A stretch of DNA of 64,000 nt from Auanema rhodensis. Its lineage: Eukaryota > Animalia > Nematoda. A program made the position numbers and the translations under genes. Below, piece after piece: positions 26,301 to 40,624 of the stretch (position 1 is the stretch's first letter; each line of letters opens with the position of its first letter). The stretch covers positions 310,001 to 374,000 of the forward strand of contig OZ059900.1 of the NCBI GenBank assembly GCA_964057225.1, read 5' to 3'. The notes beneath the pieces are model-generated. The model was not told where the DNA came from, ran no database searches, and saw only the letters and a list, made by a program, of their open reading frames with translations.

Positions 26301-27086
26301 GCTCATATATATGATCAAAAGCATAGTTTTATTGTCTATAACAACAAAAGTCATCAATTAAACGCTAGTGATGTTTAAATACTGATTTTCGCTCAAATAG
26401 CATTACTACACTAAGTATGGTCGTTTTTATGCCTTTAACACCATATACTCACCGATTTTTGGTACAAAATCTGTAATACTCGTAAATTTTGATCATATTC
26501 GTTAAGATTTGAGAATCAAACACACAATACACAAAATCAGTCTATTTTTATGAGCTTGCACTGATATATATTCATTTTGATCAAAAAAGGTCGAAAATAG
26601 AAAGAATTTTTGAAATTTCCGAGTTTTGAGTCCAATTTGGCTAAATCGCTCATATATATGATCAAAAGCATAGTTTTATTGTCTATAACAACAAAAGTCA
26701 TCAATTAAACGCTAGTGATGTTTAAATACTGAATTTCGCTCAAATAGCATTACTACACTAAGTATGGTCGTTTTTATGCCTTTAACACCATATACTCACC
26801 GATTTTTGGTACAAAATCTGTAATACTCGTAAATTTTGATCATATTCGTTAAGATTTGAGAATCAAACATACAATACACGAAATTAATCAATTTTTATAA
26901 GCTTGCACTGATATATATTCATTTTGATCAAAAAAGGTCGAAAATAGAAAGAATTTTTGAAATTTCCGAGTTTTGAGTCCAATTTGGCTAAATCGCTCAT
27001 ATATATGATCAAAAGCATAGTTTCATTGTCTATAACAACAAAAGTCATCAATTAAACGCTAGTGATGTTTTAATACTGAATTTCGC

Positions 27087-30000
27087 TCAAATAGCATTAC
27101 TACACTAAGTATGGTCGTTTTTATGCCTTTAACACCATATACTCACCGATTTTTGGTACAAAATCTGTAATACTTGTAAATTTTGATCATATTTGTTAAG
27201 ATTTGAGAATCAAACACACAATACACAAAATCAGTCTATTTTAATGAGTTTGCACTGATATATATTCATTTTGATCAAAAAAGGTCGAAAATAGAAAGAA
27301 TTTTTGAAATTTCCGAGTTTTGAGTCTAATTTGGCTAAATCGCTCATATATATGATCAAAAGCATAGTTTTATTGTCTATAACAACAAAAGTCATCAATT
27401 AAACGCTAGTGATGTTTAAATACTGAATTTCGATCAAATAGCATTACTACACTAAGTATGGTCGTTTTTATGCCTTTAACACCATATACTCACCGATTTT
27501 TGGTACAAAATTTGTAATACTCGTAAATTTTGATCATATTCGTTAAGATTTGAGAATCAAACATACAATACACGAAATCAGTCTATTTTTATGAGCTTGC
27601 ACTGATATATATTCATTTTGATCAAAAAAGGTCGAAAATAGAAAGAATTTTTGAAATTTCCGAGTTTTGAGTCTAATTTGGCTAAATCGCTCATATATAT
27701 GATCAGAAGCATATTTTTGTTGTCTATGACAACAAAAGTCATCAATTAAACGCTAGTGATGTTTAAATACTGATTTTCGCTCAAATAGCATTACTACACT
27801 AAGTATGGTCGTTTTTATGCCTTTAACACCATATACTCACCGATTTTTGGTACAAAATCTGTAATACTCGTAAATTTTGATTATATTCGTTAAGATTTGA
27901 GAATCAAACACACAATAAACAAAATCAGTCTATTTTTATGAGTTTGCACTGATATATATTCATTTTGATCAAAAAAGGTCGAAAATAGAAAGAATTTTTG
28001 AAATTTCCGAGTTTTGAGTCCAATTGGGCTAAATCGCTCATATATATGATCAAAAGCATAGTTTTATTGTCTATGACAACAAAAGTCATTAATTAAACAC
28101 TAATGATGTTTAAATCACTAAATTTCGCTCAAATAGCATTACTACACTAAGTATGGTCGTTTTTATGCCTTTAACACCATATACTCACCGATTTTTGGTA
28201 CAAAATCTGTAATACTCGTAAATTTTGATCATATTCGTTAAGATTTGAGAATCAAACACACAATACACAAAATCAGTCTATTTTTATGAGCTTGCACTGA
28301 TATATATTCATTTTGATCAAAAAAGGTCGAAAATAGAAAGAATTTTTGAAATTTCCGAGTTTTGAGTCCAATTTGGCTAAATCGCTCATATATATGATCA
28401 AAAGCATAGTTTTATTGTCTATAACAACAAAAGTCATCAATTAAACGCTAGTGATGTTTAAATACTGATTTTCGCTCAAATAGCATTACTACACTAAGTA
28501 TGGTCGTTTTTATGCCTTTAACACCATATACTCACCGATTTTTGGTACAAAATCTGTAATACTCGTAAATTTTGATCATATTCGTTAAGATTTGAGAATC
28601 AAACATACAATACACAAAATCAGTCTATTTTTATGAGCTTGCACTGATATATATTCATTTTGATCAAAAAAGGTCGAAAATAGAAAGAATTTTTGAAATT
28701 TCCGAGTTTTGAGTCTAATTTGGCTAAATCGCTCATATATATGATCAGAAGCATATTTTTGTTGTCTATGACAACAAAAGTCATCAATTAAACGCTAGTG
28801 ATGTTTAAATACTGATTTTCGCTCAAATAGCATTACTACACTAAGTATGGTCGTTTTTATGCCTTTAACACCATATACTCACCGATTTTTGGTACAAAAT
28901 CTGTAATACTCGTAAATTTTGATCATATTCGTTAAGATTTGAGAATCAAACATACAATACACGAAATCAGTCTATTTTTATGAGCTTGCACTGATATATA
29001 TTCATTTTGATCAAAAAAGGTCGAAAATAGAAAGAATTTTTGAAATTTCCGAGTTTTGAGTCCAATTGGGCTAAATCGCTCATATATATGATCAAAAGCA
29101 TAGTTTTATTGTCTATGACAACAAAAGTCATTAATTAAACACTAATGATGTTTAAATCACTAAATTTCGCTCAAATAGCATTACTACAGTAAGTATGGTC
29201 GTTTTTATGCCTTTAACACCATATACTCACCGATTTTTGGTACAAAATCTGTAATACTCGTAAATTTTGATCATATTCGTTAAGATTTGAGAATCAAACA
29301 CACAATACACAAAATCAGTCTATTTTTATGAGCTTGCACTGATATATATTCATTTTGATCAAAAAAGGTCGAAAATAGAAAGAATTTTTGAAATTTCCGA
29401 GTTTTGAGTCCAATTTGGCTAAATCGCTCATATATATGATCAAAAGCATAGTTTTATTGTCTATAACAACAAAAGTCATCAATTAAACGCTAGTGATGTT
29501 TAAATACTGATTTTCGCTCAAATAGCATTACTACACTAAGTATGGTCGTTTTTATGCCTTTAACACCATATACTCACCGATTTTTGGTACAAAATCTGTA
29601 ATACTCGTAAATTTTGATCATATTCGTTAAGATTTGAGAATCAAACACACAATACACGAAATCAGTCTATTTTTATGAGCTTGCACTGATATATATTCAT
29701 TTTGATCAAAAAAGGTCGAAAATAGAAAGAATTTTTGAAATTTCCGAGTTTTGAGTCTAATTTGGCTAAATCGCTCATATATATGATCAGAAGCATATTT
29801 TTGTTGTCTATGACAACAAAAGTCATCAATTAAACGCTAGTGATGTTTAAATACTGATTTTCGCTCAAATAGCATTACTACACTAAGTATGGTCGTTTTT
29901 ATGCCTTTAACACCATATACTCACCGATTTCTGGTACAAAATCTGTAATACTCGTAAATTTTGATCATATTCGTTAAGATTTGAGAATCAAACATACAAT

Positions 30001-33000
30001 ACACGAAATCAGTCTATTTTTATGAGCTTGCACTGATATATATTCATTTTGATCAAAAAAGGTCGAAAATAGAAAGAATTTTTGAAATTTCCGAGTTTTG
30101 AGTCTAATTTGGCTAAATCGCTCATATATATGATCAGAAGCATAGTTTTATTGTCTATAACAACAAAAGTCATCAATTAAACGCTAGTGATGTTTAAATA
30201 CTGATTTTCGCTCAAATAGCATTACTACACTAAGTATGGTCGTTTTTATGCCTTTAACACCATATACTCACCGATTTCTGGTACAAAATCTGTAATACTC
30301 GTAAATTTTGATCATATTCGTTAAGATTTGAGAATCAAACATACAATACACGAAATCAGTCTATTTTTATGAGCTTGCACTGATATATATTCATTTTGAT
30401 CAAAAAAGGTCGAAAATAGAAAGAATTTTTGAAATTTCCGAGTTTTGAGTCCAATTTGGCTAAATCGCTCATATATATGATCAAAAGCATAGTTTTATTG
30501 TCTATAACAACAAAAGTCATCAATTAAACGCTAGTGATGTTTAAATACTGATTTTCGCTCAAATAGCATTACTACACTAAGTATGGTCGTTTTTATGCCT
30601 TTAACACCATATACTCACCGATTTTTGGTACAAAATCTGTAATACTCGTAAATTTTGATCATATTCGTTAAGATTTGAGAATCAAACATACAATACACGA
30701 AATCAGTCTATTTTTATGAGCTTGCACTGATATATATTCATTTTGATCAAAAAAGGTCGAAAATAGAAAGAATTTTTGAAATTTCCGAGTTTTGAGTCTA
30801 ATTTGGCTAAATCGCTCATATATATGATCAGAAGCATATTTTTGTTGTCTATGACAACAAAAGTCATCAATTAAACGCTAGTGATGTTTAAATACTGATT
30901 TTCGCTCAAATAGCATTACTACACTAAGTATGGTCGTTTTTATGCCTTTAACACCATATACTCACCGATTTTTGGTACAAAATCTGTAATACTCGTAAAT
31001 TTTGATTATATTCGTTAAGATTTGAGAATCAAACACACAATACACAAAATCAGTCTATTTTTATGAGCTTGCACTGATATATATTCATTTTGATCAAAAA
31101 AGGTCGAAAATAGAAAGAATTTTTGAAATTTCCGAGTTTTGAGTCTAATTTGGCTAAATCGCTCATATATATGATCAGAAGCATATTTTTGTTGTCTATG
31201 ACAACAAAAGTCATCAATTAAACGCTAGTGATGTTTAAATACTGATTTTCGCTCAAATAGCATTACTACACTAAGTATGGTCGTTTTTATGCCTTTAATA
31301 CCATATACTCACCGATTTTTGGTACAAAATCTGTAATACTCGTAAATTTTGATTATATTCGTTAAGATTTGAGAATCAAACACACAATACACAAAATCAG
31401 TCTATTTTTATGAGCTTGCACTGATATATATTCATTTTGATCAAAAAAGGTCGAAAATAGAAAGAATTTTTGAAATTTCCGAGTTTTGAGTCCAATTTGG
31501 CTAAATCGCTCATATATATGATCAAAAGCATAGTTTTATTGTCTATAACAACAAAAGTCATCAATTAAACGCTAGTGATGTTTAAATACTGAATTTCGCT
31601 CAAATAGCATTACTACACTAAGTATGGTCGTTTTTATGCCTTTAACACCATATACTCACCGATTTTTGGTACAAAATCTGTAATACTCGTAAATTTTGAT
31701 CATATTTGTTAAGATTTGAGAATCAAACATACAATACACGAAATCAGTCTATTTTTATGAGCTTGCACTGATATATATTCATTTTGATCAAAAAAGGTCG
31801 AAAATAGAAAGAATTTTTGAAATTTCCGAGTTTTGAGTCTAATTTGGCTAAATCGCTCATATATATGATCAGAAGCATAGTTTTATTGTCTATGACAACA
31901 AAAGTCATCAATTAAACGCTAGTGATGTTTAAATACTGATTTTCGCTCAAATAGCATTACTACACTAAGTATGGTCGTTTTTATGCCTTTAACACCAGAT
32001 ACTCACCGATTTTTGGTACAAAATCTGTAATACTCGTAAATTTTGATCATATTCGTTAAGATTTGAAAATCAAACACACAATAAACAAAATCAGTCTATT
32101 TTTATGAGTTTGCACTGATATATATTCATTTTGATCAAAAAAGGTCGAAAATAGAAAGAATTTTTGAAATTTCCGAGTTTTGAGTCCAATTGGGCTAAAT
32201 CGCTCATATATATGATCAAAAGCATAGTTTTATTGTCTATGACAACAAAAGTCATTAATTAAACACTAATGATGTTTAAATCACTAAATTTCGCTGAAAT
32301 AGCATTACTACACTAAGTATGGTCGTTTTTATGCCTTTAACACCATATACTCACCGATTTTTGGTACAAAATCTGTAATACTCGTAAATTTTGATTATAT
32401 TCGTTAAGATTTGAGAATCAAACACACAATACACAAAATCAGTCTATTTTTATGAGCTTGCACTGATATATATTCATTTTGATCAAAAAAGGTCGAAAAT
32501 AGAAAGAATTTTTGAAATTTCCGAGTTTTGAGTCCAATTTGGCTAAATCGCTCATATATATGATCAAAAGCATAGTTTTATTGTCTATAACAACAAAAGT
32601 CATCAATTAAACGCTAGTGATGTTTAAATACTGAATTTCGCTCAAATAGCATTACTACACTAAGTATGGTCGTTTTTATGCCTTTAACACCATATAATCA
32701 CCGATTTTTGGTACAAAATCTGTAATACTCGTAAATTTTGATCATATTTGTTAAGATTTGAGAATCAAACATACAATACACGAAATCAGTCTATTTTTAT
32801 GAGCTTGCACTGATATATATTCATTTTGATCAAAAAAGGTCGAAAATAGAAAGAATTTTTGAAATTTCCGAGTTTTGAGTCTAATTTGGCTAAATCGCTC
32901 ATATATATGATCAAAAGCATAGTTTTATTGTCTATAACAACAAAAGTCATCAATTAAACGCTAGTGATGTTTAAATACTGATTTTCGCTCAAATAGCATT

Positions 33001-36000
33001 ACTACACTAAGTATGGTCGTTTTTATGCCTTTAACACCATATACTCACCGATTTTTGGTACAAAATCTGTAATACTCGTAAATTTTGATCATATTCGTTA
33101 AGATTTGAGAATCAAACACACAATACACAAAATCAGTCTATTTTTATGAGCTTGCACTGATATATATTCATTTTGATCAAAAAAGGTCGAAAATAGAAAG
33201 AATTTTTGAAATTTCCGAGTTTTGAGTCCAATTTGGCTAAATCGCTCATATATATGATCAAAAGCATAGTTTTATTGTCTATGACAACAAAAGTCATCAA
33301 TTAAACGCTAGTGATGTTTAAATACTGATTTTCGCTCAAATAGCATTACTACACTAAGTATGGTCGTTTTTATGCCTTTAACACCATATACTCACCGATT
33401 TTTGGTACAAAATCTGTAATACTCGTAAATTTTGATCATATTCGTTAAGATTTGAGAATCAAACAAACAATACACAAAATCAGTCTATTTTTATGAGCTT
33501 GCACTGATATATATTCATTTTGATCAAAAAAGGTCGAAAATAGAAAGAATTTTTGAAATTTCCGAGTTTTGAGTCCAATTTGGCTAAATCGCTCATATAT
33601 ATGATCAAAAGCATAGTTTTATTGTCTATAACAACAAAAGTCATCAATTAAACGCTAGTGATGTTTAAATACTGATTTTCGCTCAAATAGCATTACTACA
33701 CTAAGTATGGTCGTTTTTATGCCTTTAACACCATATACTCACCGATTTTTGGTACAAAATCTGTAATACTCGTAAATTTTGATCATATTCGTTAAGATTT
33801 GAGAATCAAACACACAATACACAAAATCAGTCTATTTTTATGAGCTTGCACTGATATATATTCATTTTGATCAAAAAAGGTCGAAAATAGAAAGAATTTT
33901 TGAAATTTCCGAGTTTTGAGTCCAATTTGGCTAAATCGCTCATATATATGATCAAAAGCATAGTTTTATTGTCTATAACAACAAAAGTCATCAATTAAAC
34001 GCTAGTGATGTTTAAATACTGAATTTCGCTCAAATAGCATTACTACACTAAGTATGGTCGTTTTTATGCCTTTAACACCATATACTCACCGATTTTTGGT
34101 ACAAAATCTGTAATACTCGTAAATTTTGATCATATTCGTTAAGATTTGAGAATCAAACATACAATACACGAAATTAGTCAATTTTTATAAGCTTGCACTG
34201 ATATATATTCATTTTGATCAAAAAAGGTCGAAAATAGAAAGAATTTTTGAAATTTCCGAGTTTTGAGTCTAATTTGGCTAAATCGCTCATATATATGATC
34301 AGAAGCATAGTTTTATTGTCTATAACAACAAAAGTCATCAATTAAACGCTAGTGATGTTTAAATACTGAATTTCGCTCAAATAGCATTACTACACTAAGT
34401 ATGGTCGTTTTTATGCCTTTAACACCATATACTCACCGATTTTTGGTACAAAATCTGTAATACTCGTAAATTTTGATCATATTCGTTAAGATTTGAGAAT
34501 CAAACATACAATACACGAAATTAGTCAATTTTTATAAGCTTGCACTGATATATATTCATTTTGATCAAAAAAGGTCGAAAATAGAAAGAATTTTTGAAAT
34601 TTCCGAGTTTTGAGTCCAATTTGGCTAAATCGCTCATATATATGATCAAAAGCATAGTTTTATTGTCTATAACAACAAAAGTCATCAATTAAACGCTAGT
34701 GATGTTTAAATACTGAATTTCGCTCAAATAGCATTACTACACTAAGTATGGTCGTTTTTATGCCTTTAACACCATATACTCACCGATTTTTGGTACAAAA
34801 TCTGTAATACTCGTAAATTTTGATCATATTCGTTAAGATTTGAGAATCAAACATACAATACACGAAATTAGTCAATTTTTATAAGCTTGCACTGATATAT
34901 ATTCATTTTGATCAAAAAAGGTCGAAAATAGAAAGAATTTTTGAAATTTCCGAGTTTTGAGTCTAATTTGGCTAAATCGCTCATATATATGATCAGAAGC
35001 ATAGTTTTATTGTCTATGACAACAAAAGTCATCAATTAAACGCTAGTGATGTTTTAATACTGAATTTCGCTCAAATAGCATTACTACACTAAGTATGGTC
35101 GTTTTTATGCCTTTAACACCATATACTCACCGATTTTTGGTACAAAATCTGTAATACTCGTAAATTTTGATCATATTCGTTAAGATTTGAGAATCAAACA
35201 CACAATACACAAAATCAGTCTATTTTTATGAGCTTGCACTGATATATATTCATTTTGATCAAAAAAGGTCGAAAATAGAAAGAATTTTTGAAATTTCCGA
35301 GTTTTGAGTCCAATTTGGCTAAATCGCTCATATATATGATCAAAAGCATAGTTTTATTGTCTATAACAACAAAAGTCATCAATTAAACGCTAGTGATGTT
35401 TAAATACTGATTTTCGCTCAAATAGCATTACTACACTAAGTATGGTCGTTTTTATGCCTTTAACACCATATACTCACCGATTTTTGGTACAAAATCTGTA
35501 ATACTCGTAAATTTTGATCATATTCGTTAAGATTTGAGAATCAAACACACAATACACGAAATCAGTCTATTTTTATGAGCTTGCACTGATATATATTCAT
35601 TTTGATCAAAAAAGGTCGAAAATAGAAAGAATTTTTGAAATTTCCGAGTTTTGAGTCTAATTTGGCTAAATCGCTCATATGTATGATCAGAAGCATATTT
35701 TTGTTGTCTATGACAACAAAAGTCATCAATTAAACGCTAGTGATGTTTAAATACTGATTTTCGCTCAAATAGCATTACTACACTAAGTATGGTCGTTTTT
35801 ATGCCTTTAACACCATATACTCACCGATTTCTGGTACAAAATCTGTAATACTCGTAAATTTTGATCATATTCGTTAAGATTTGAGAATCAAACATACAAT
35901 ACACGAAATCAGTCTATTTTTATGAGCTTGCACTGATATATATTCATTTTGATCAAAAAAGGTCGAAAATAGAAAGAATTTTTGAAATTTCCGAGTTTTG

Positions 36001-39000
36001 AGTCCAATTGGGCTAAATCGCTCATATATATGATCAAAAGCATAGTTTTATTGTCTATGACAACAAAAGTCATTAATTAAACACTAATGATGTTTAAATC
36101 ACTAAATTTCGCTCAAATAGCATTACTACACTAAGTATGGTCGTTTTTATGCCTTTAACACCATATACTCACCGATTTTTGGTACAAAATCTGTAATACT
36201 CGTAAATTTTGATCATATTCGTTAAGATTTGAGAATCAAACACACAATACACAAAATCAGTCTATTTTTATGAGCTTGCACTGATATATATTCATTTTGA
36301 TCAAAAAAGGTCGAAAATAGAAAGAATTTTTGAAATTTCCGAGTTTTGAGTCCAATTTGGCTAAATCGCTCATATATATGATCAAAAGCATAGTTTTATT
36401 GTCTATAACAACAAAAGTCATCAATTAAACGCTAGTGATGTTTAAATACTGATTTTCGCTCAAATAGCATTACTACACTAAGTATGGTCGTTTTTATGCC
36501 TTTAACACCATATACTCACCGATTTTTGGTACAAAATCTGTAATACTCGTAAATTTTGATCATATTCGTTAAGATTTGAGAATCAAACATACAATACACG
36601 AAATCAGTCTATTTTTATGAGCTTGCACTGATATATATTCATTTTGATCAAAAAAGGTCGAAAATAGAAAGAATTTTTGAATATTCCGAGTTTTGAGTCT
36701 AATTTGGCTAAATCGCTCATATATATGATCAGAAGCATATTTTTGTTGTCTATGACAACAAAAGTCATCAATTAAACGCTAGTGATGTTTAAATACTGAT
36801 TTTCGCTCAAATAGCATTACTACACTAAGTATGGTCGTTTTTATGCCTTTAACACCATATACTCACCGATTTTTGGTACAAAATCTGTAATACTCGTAAA
36901 TTTTGATTATATTCGTTAAGATTTGAGAATCAAACACACAATACACAAAATCAGTCTATTTTTATGAGCTTGCACTGATATATATTCATTTTGATCAAAA
37001 AAGGTCGAAAATAGAAAGAATTTTTGAAATTTCCGAGTTTTGAGTCCAATTTGGCTAAATCGCTCATATATATGATCAAAAGCATAGTTTTATTGTCTAT
37101 AACAACAAAAGTCATCAATTAAACGCTAGTGATGTTTAAATACTGAATTTCGCTCAAATAGCATTACTACACTAAGTATGGTCGTTTTTATGCCTTTAAC
37201 ACCATATACTCACCGATTTTTGGTACAAAATCTGTAATACTCGTAAATTTTGATCATATTTGTTAAGATTTGAGAATCAAACATACAATACACGAAATCA
37301 GTCTATTTTTATGAGCTTGCACTGATATATATTCATTTTGATCAAAAAAGGTCGAAAATAGAAAGAATTTTTGAAATTTCCGAGTTTTGAGTCTAATTTG
37401 GCTAAATCGCTCATATATATGATCAGAAGCATAGTTTTATTGTCTATGACAACAAAAGTCATCAATTAAACGCTAGTGATGTTTAAATACTGATTTTCGC
37501 TCAAATAGCATTACTACACTAAGTATGGTCGTTTTTATGCCTTTAACACCAGATACTCACCGATTTTTGGTACAAAATCTGTAATACTCGTAAATTTTGA
37601 TCATATTCGTTAAGATTTGAAAATCAAACACACAATAAACAAAATCAGTCTATTTTTATGAGTTTGCACTGATATATATTCATTTTGATCAAAAAAGGTC
37701 GAAAATAGAAAGAATTTTTGAAATTTCCGAGTTTTGAGTCCAATTGGGCTAAATCGCTCATATATATGATCAAAAGCATAGTTTTATTGTCTATGACAAC
37801 AAAAGTCATTAATTAAACACTAATGATGTTTAAATCACTAAATTTCGCTGAAATAGCATTACTACACTAAGTATGGTCGTTTTTATGCCTTTAACACCAT
37901 ATACTCACCGATTTTTGGTACAAAATCTGTAATACTCGTAAATTTTGATCATATTCGTTAAGATTTGAGAATCAAACACACAATACACAAAATCAGTCTA
38001 TTTTTATGAGCTTGCACTGATATATATTCATTTTGATCAAAAAAGGTCGAAAATAGAAAGAATTTTTGAAATTTCCGAGTTTTGAGTCCAATTTGGCTAA
38101 ATCGCTCATATATATGATCAAAAGCATAGTTTTATTGTCTATAACAACAAAAGTCATCAATTAAACGCTAGTGATGTTTAAATACTGATTTTCGCTCAAA
38201 TAGCATTACTACACTAAGTATGGTCGTTTTTATGCCTTTAACACCATATACTCACCGATTTTTGGTACAAAATCTGTAATACTCGTAAATTTTGATCATA
38301 TTCGTTAAGATTTGAGAATCAAACACACAATACACAAAATCAGTCTATTTTTATGAGCTTGCACTGATATATATTCATTTTGATCAAAAAAGGTCGAAAA
38401 TAGAAAGAATTTTTGAAATTTCCGAGTTTTGAGTCCAATTTGGCTAAATCGCTCATATATATGATCAAAAGCATAGTTTTATTGTCTATAACAACAAAAG
38501 TCATCAATTAAACGCTAGTGATGTTTAAATACTGAATTTCGCTCAAATAGCATTACTACACTAAGTATGGTCGTTTTTATGCCTTTAACACCATATACTC
38601 ACCGATTTTTGGTACAAAGTCTGTAATACTCGTAAATTTTGATCATATTCGTTAAGATTTGAGAATCAAACATACAATACACGAAATTAGTCAATTTTTA
38701 TAAGCTTGCACTGATATATATTCATTTTGATCAAAAAAGGTCGAAAATAGAAAGAATTTTTGAAATTTCCGAGTTTTGAGTCTAATTTGGCTAAATCGCT
38801 CATATATATGATCAGAAGCATAGTTTTATTGTCTATGACAACAAAAGTCATCAATTAAACGCTAGTGATGTTTTAATACTGAATTTCGCTCAAATAGCAT
38901 TACTACACTAAGTATGGTCGTTTTTATGCCTTTAACACCATATACTCACCGATTTTTGGTACAAAATCTGTAATACTTGTAAATTTTGATCATATTTGTT

Positions 39001-40624
39001 AAGATTTGAGAATCAAACACACAATACACAAAATCAGTCTATTTTTATGAGTTTGCACTGATATATATTCATTTTGATCAAAAAAGGTCGAAAATAGAAA
39101 GAATTTTGGAAATGTCCGAGTTTTGAGTCCAATTTGGCTAAATCGCTCATATATATGATCAAAAGCATAGTTTTATTGTCTATGACAACAAAAGTCATCA
39201 ATTAAACGCTAGTGATGTTTAAATACTGATTTTCGCTCAAATAGCATTACTACACTAAGTATGGTCGTTTTTATGCCTTTAACACCATATACTCACCGAT
39301 TTTTGGTACAAAATCTGTAATACTCGTAAATTTTGATCATATTCGTTAAGATTTGAGAATCAAACAAACAATACACAAAATCAGTCTATTTTTATGAGCT
39401 TGCACTGATATATATTCATTTTGATCAAAAAAGGTCGAAAATAGAAAGAATTTTTGAAATTTCCGAGTTTTGAGTCCAATTTGGCTAAATCGCTCATATA
39501 TATGATCAAAAGCATAGTTTTATTGTCTATAACAACAAAAGTCATCAATTAAACGCTAGTGATGTTTAAATACTGATTTTCGCTCAAATAGCATTACTAC
39601 ACTAAGTATGGTCGTTTTTATGCCTTTAACACCATATACTCACCGATTTTTGGTACAAAATCTGTAATACTCGTAATTTTTGATCATATTCGTTAAGATT
39701 TGAGAATCAAACACACAATACACAAAATCAGTCTATTTTTATGAGCTTGCACTGATATATATTCATTTTGATCAAAAAAGGTCGAAAATAGAAAGAATTT
39801 TTGAAATTTCCGAGTTTTGAGTCCAATTTGGCTAAATCGCTCATATATATGATCAAAAGCATAGTTTTATTGTCTATAACAACAAAAGTCATCAATTAAA
39901 CGCTAGTGATGTTTAAATACTGAATTTCGCTCAAATAGCATTACTACACTAAGTATGGTCGTTTTTATGCCTTTAACACCATATACTCACCGATTTTTGG
40001 TACAAAATCTGTAATACTCGTAAATTTTGATCATATTCGTTAAGATTTGAGAATCAAACATACAATACACGAAATTAGTCAATTTTTATAAGCTTGCACT
40101 GATATATATTCATTTTGATCAAAAAAGGTCGAAAATAGAAAGAATTTTTGAAATTTCCGAGTTTTGAGTCTAATTTGGCTAAATCGCTCATATATATGAT
40201 CAGAAGCATAGTTTTATTGTCTATGACAACAAAAGTCATCAATTAAACGCTAGTGATGTTTTAATACTGAATTTCGCTCAAATAGCATTACTACACTAAG
40301 TATGGTCGTTTTTATGCCTTTAACACCATATACTCACCGATTTTTGGTACAAAATCTGTAATACTTGTAAATTTTGATCATATTTGTTAAGATTTGAGAA
40401 TCAAACACACAATACACAAAATCAGTCTATTTTTATGAGTTTGCACTGATATATATTCATTTTGATCAAAAAAGGTCGAAAATAGAAAGAATTTTGGAAA
40501 TGTCCGAGTTTTGAGTCCAATTTGGCTAAATCGCTCATATATATGATCAAAAGCATAGTTTTATTGTCTATAACAACAAAAGTCATCAATTAAACGCTAG
40601 TGATGTTTAAATACTGAATTTCGC
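27087..40624. repeat. Middle array domain: no type C; enriched in gcatattttt, ttgattat, gatttctgg, gctgaaatag and aattagtcaa alleles
   Basis: gatttctgg (~29931, ~30278, ~35831), gctgaaat (32296, 37850) and aaacaaacaa (33466, 39367) were seen only here. Boundaries are approximate. Confidence 0.7.

Larger units (their letters stand above)
1..27086. repeat. Left array domain: contains all type C monomers; irregular higher-order repeat around a recurrent 6-7-monomer core
   Basis: The core order (aataaac/gagttt monomer, C, tttcatt, cttgt/ttttaat monomer, plain, plain, usually a HindIII-site monomer) starts at 1, 5210, 9376, 14239 and 24657. The boundary is approximate. Confidence 0.8.
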
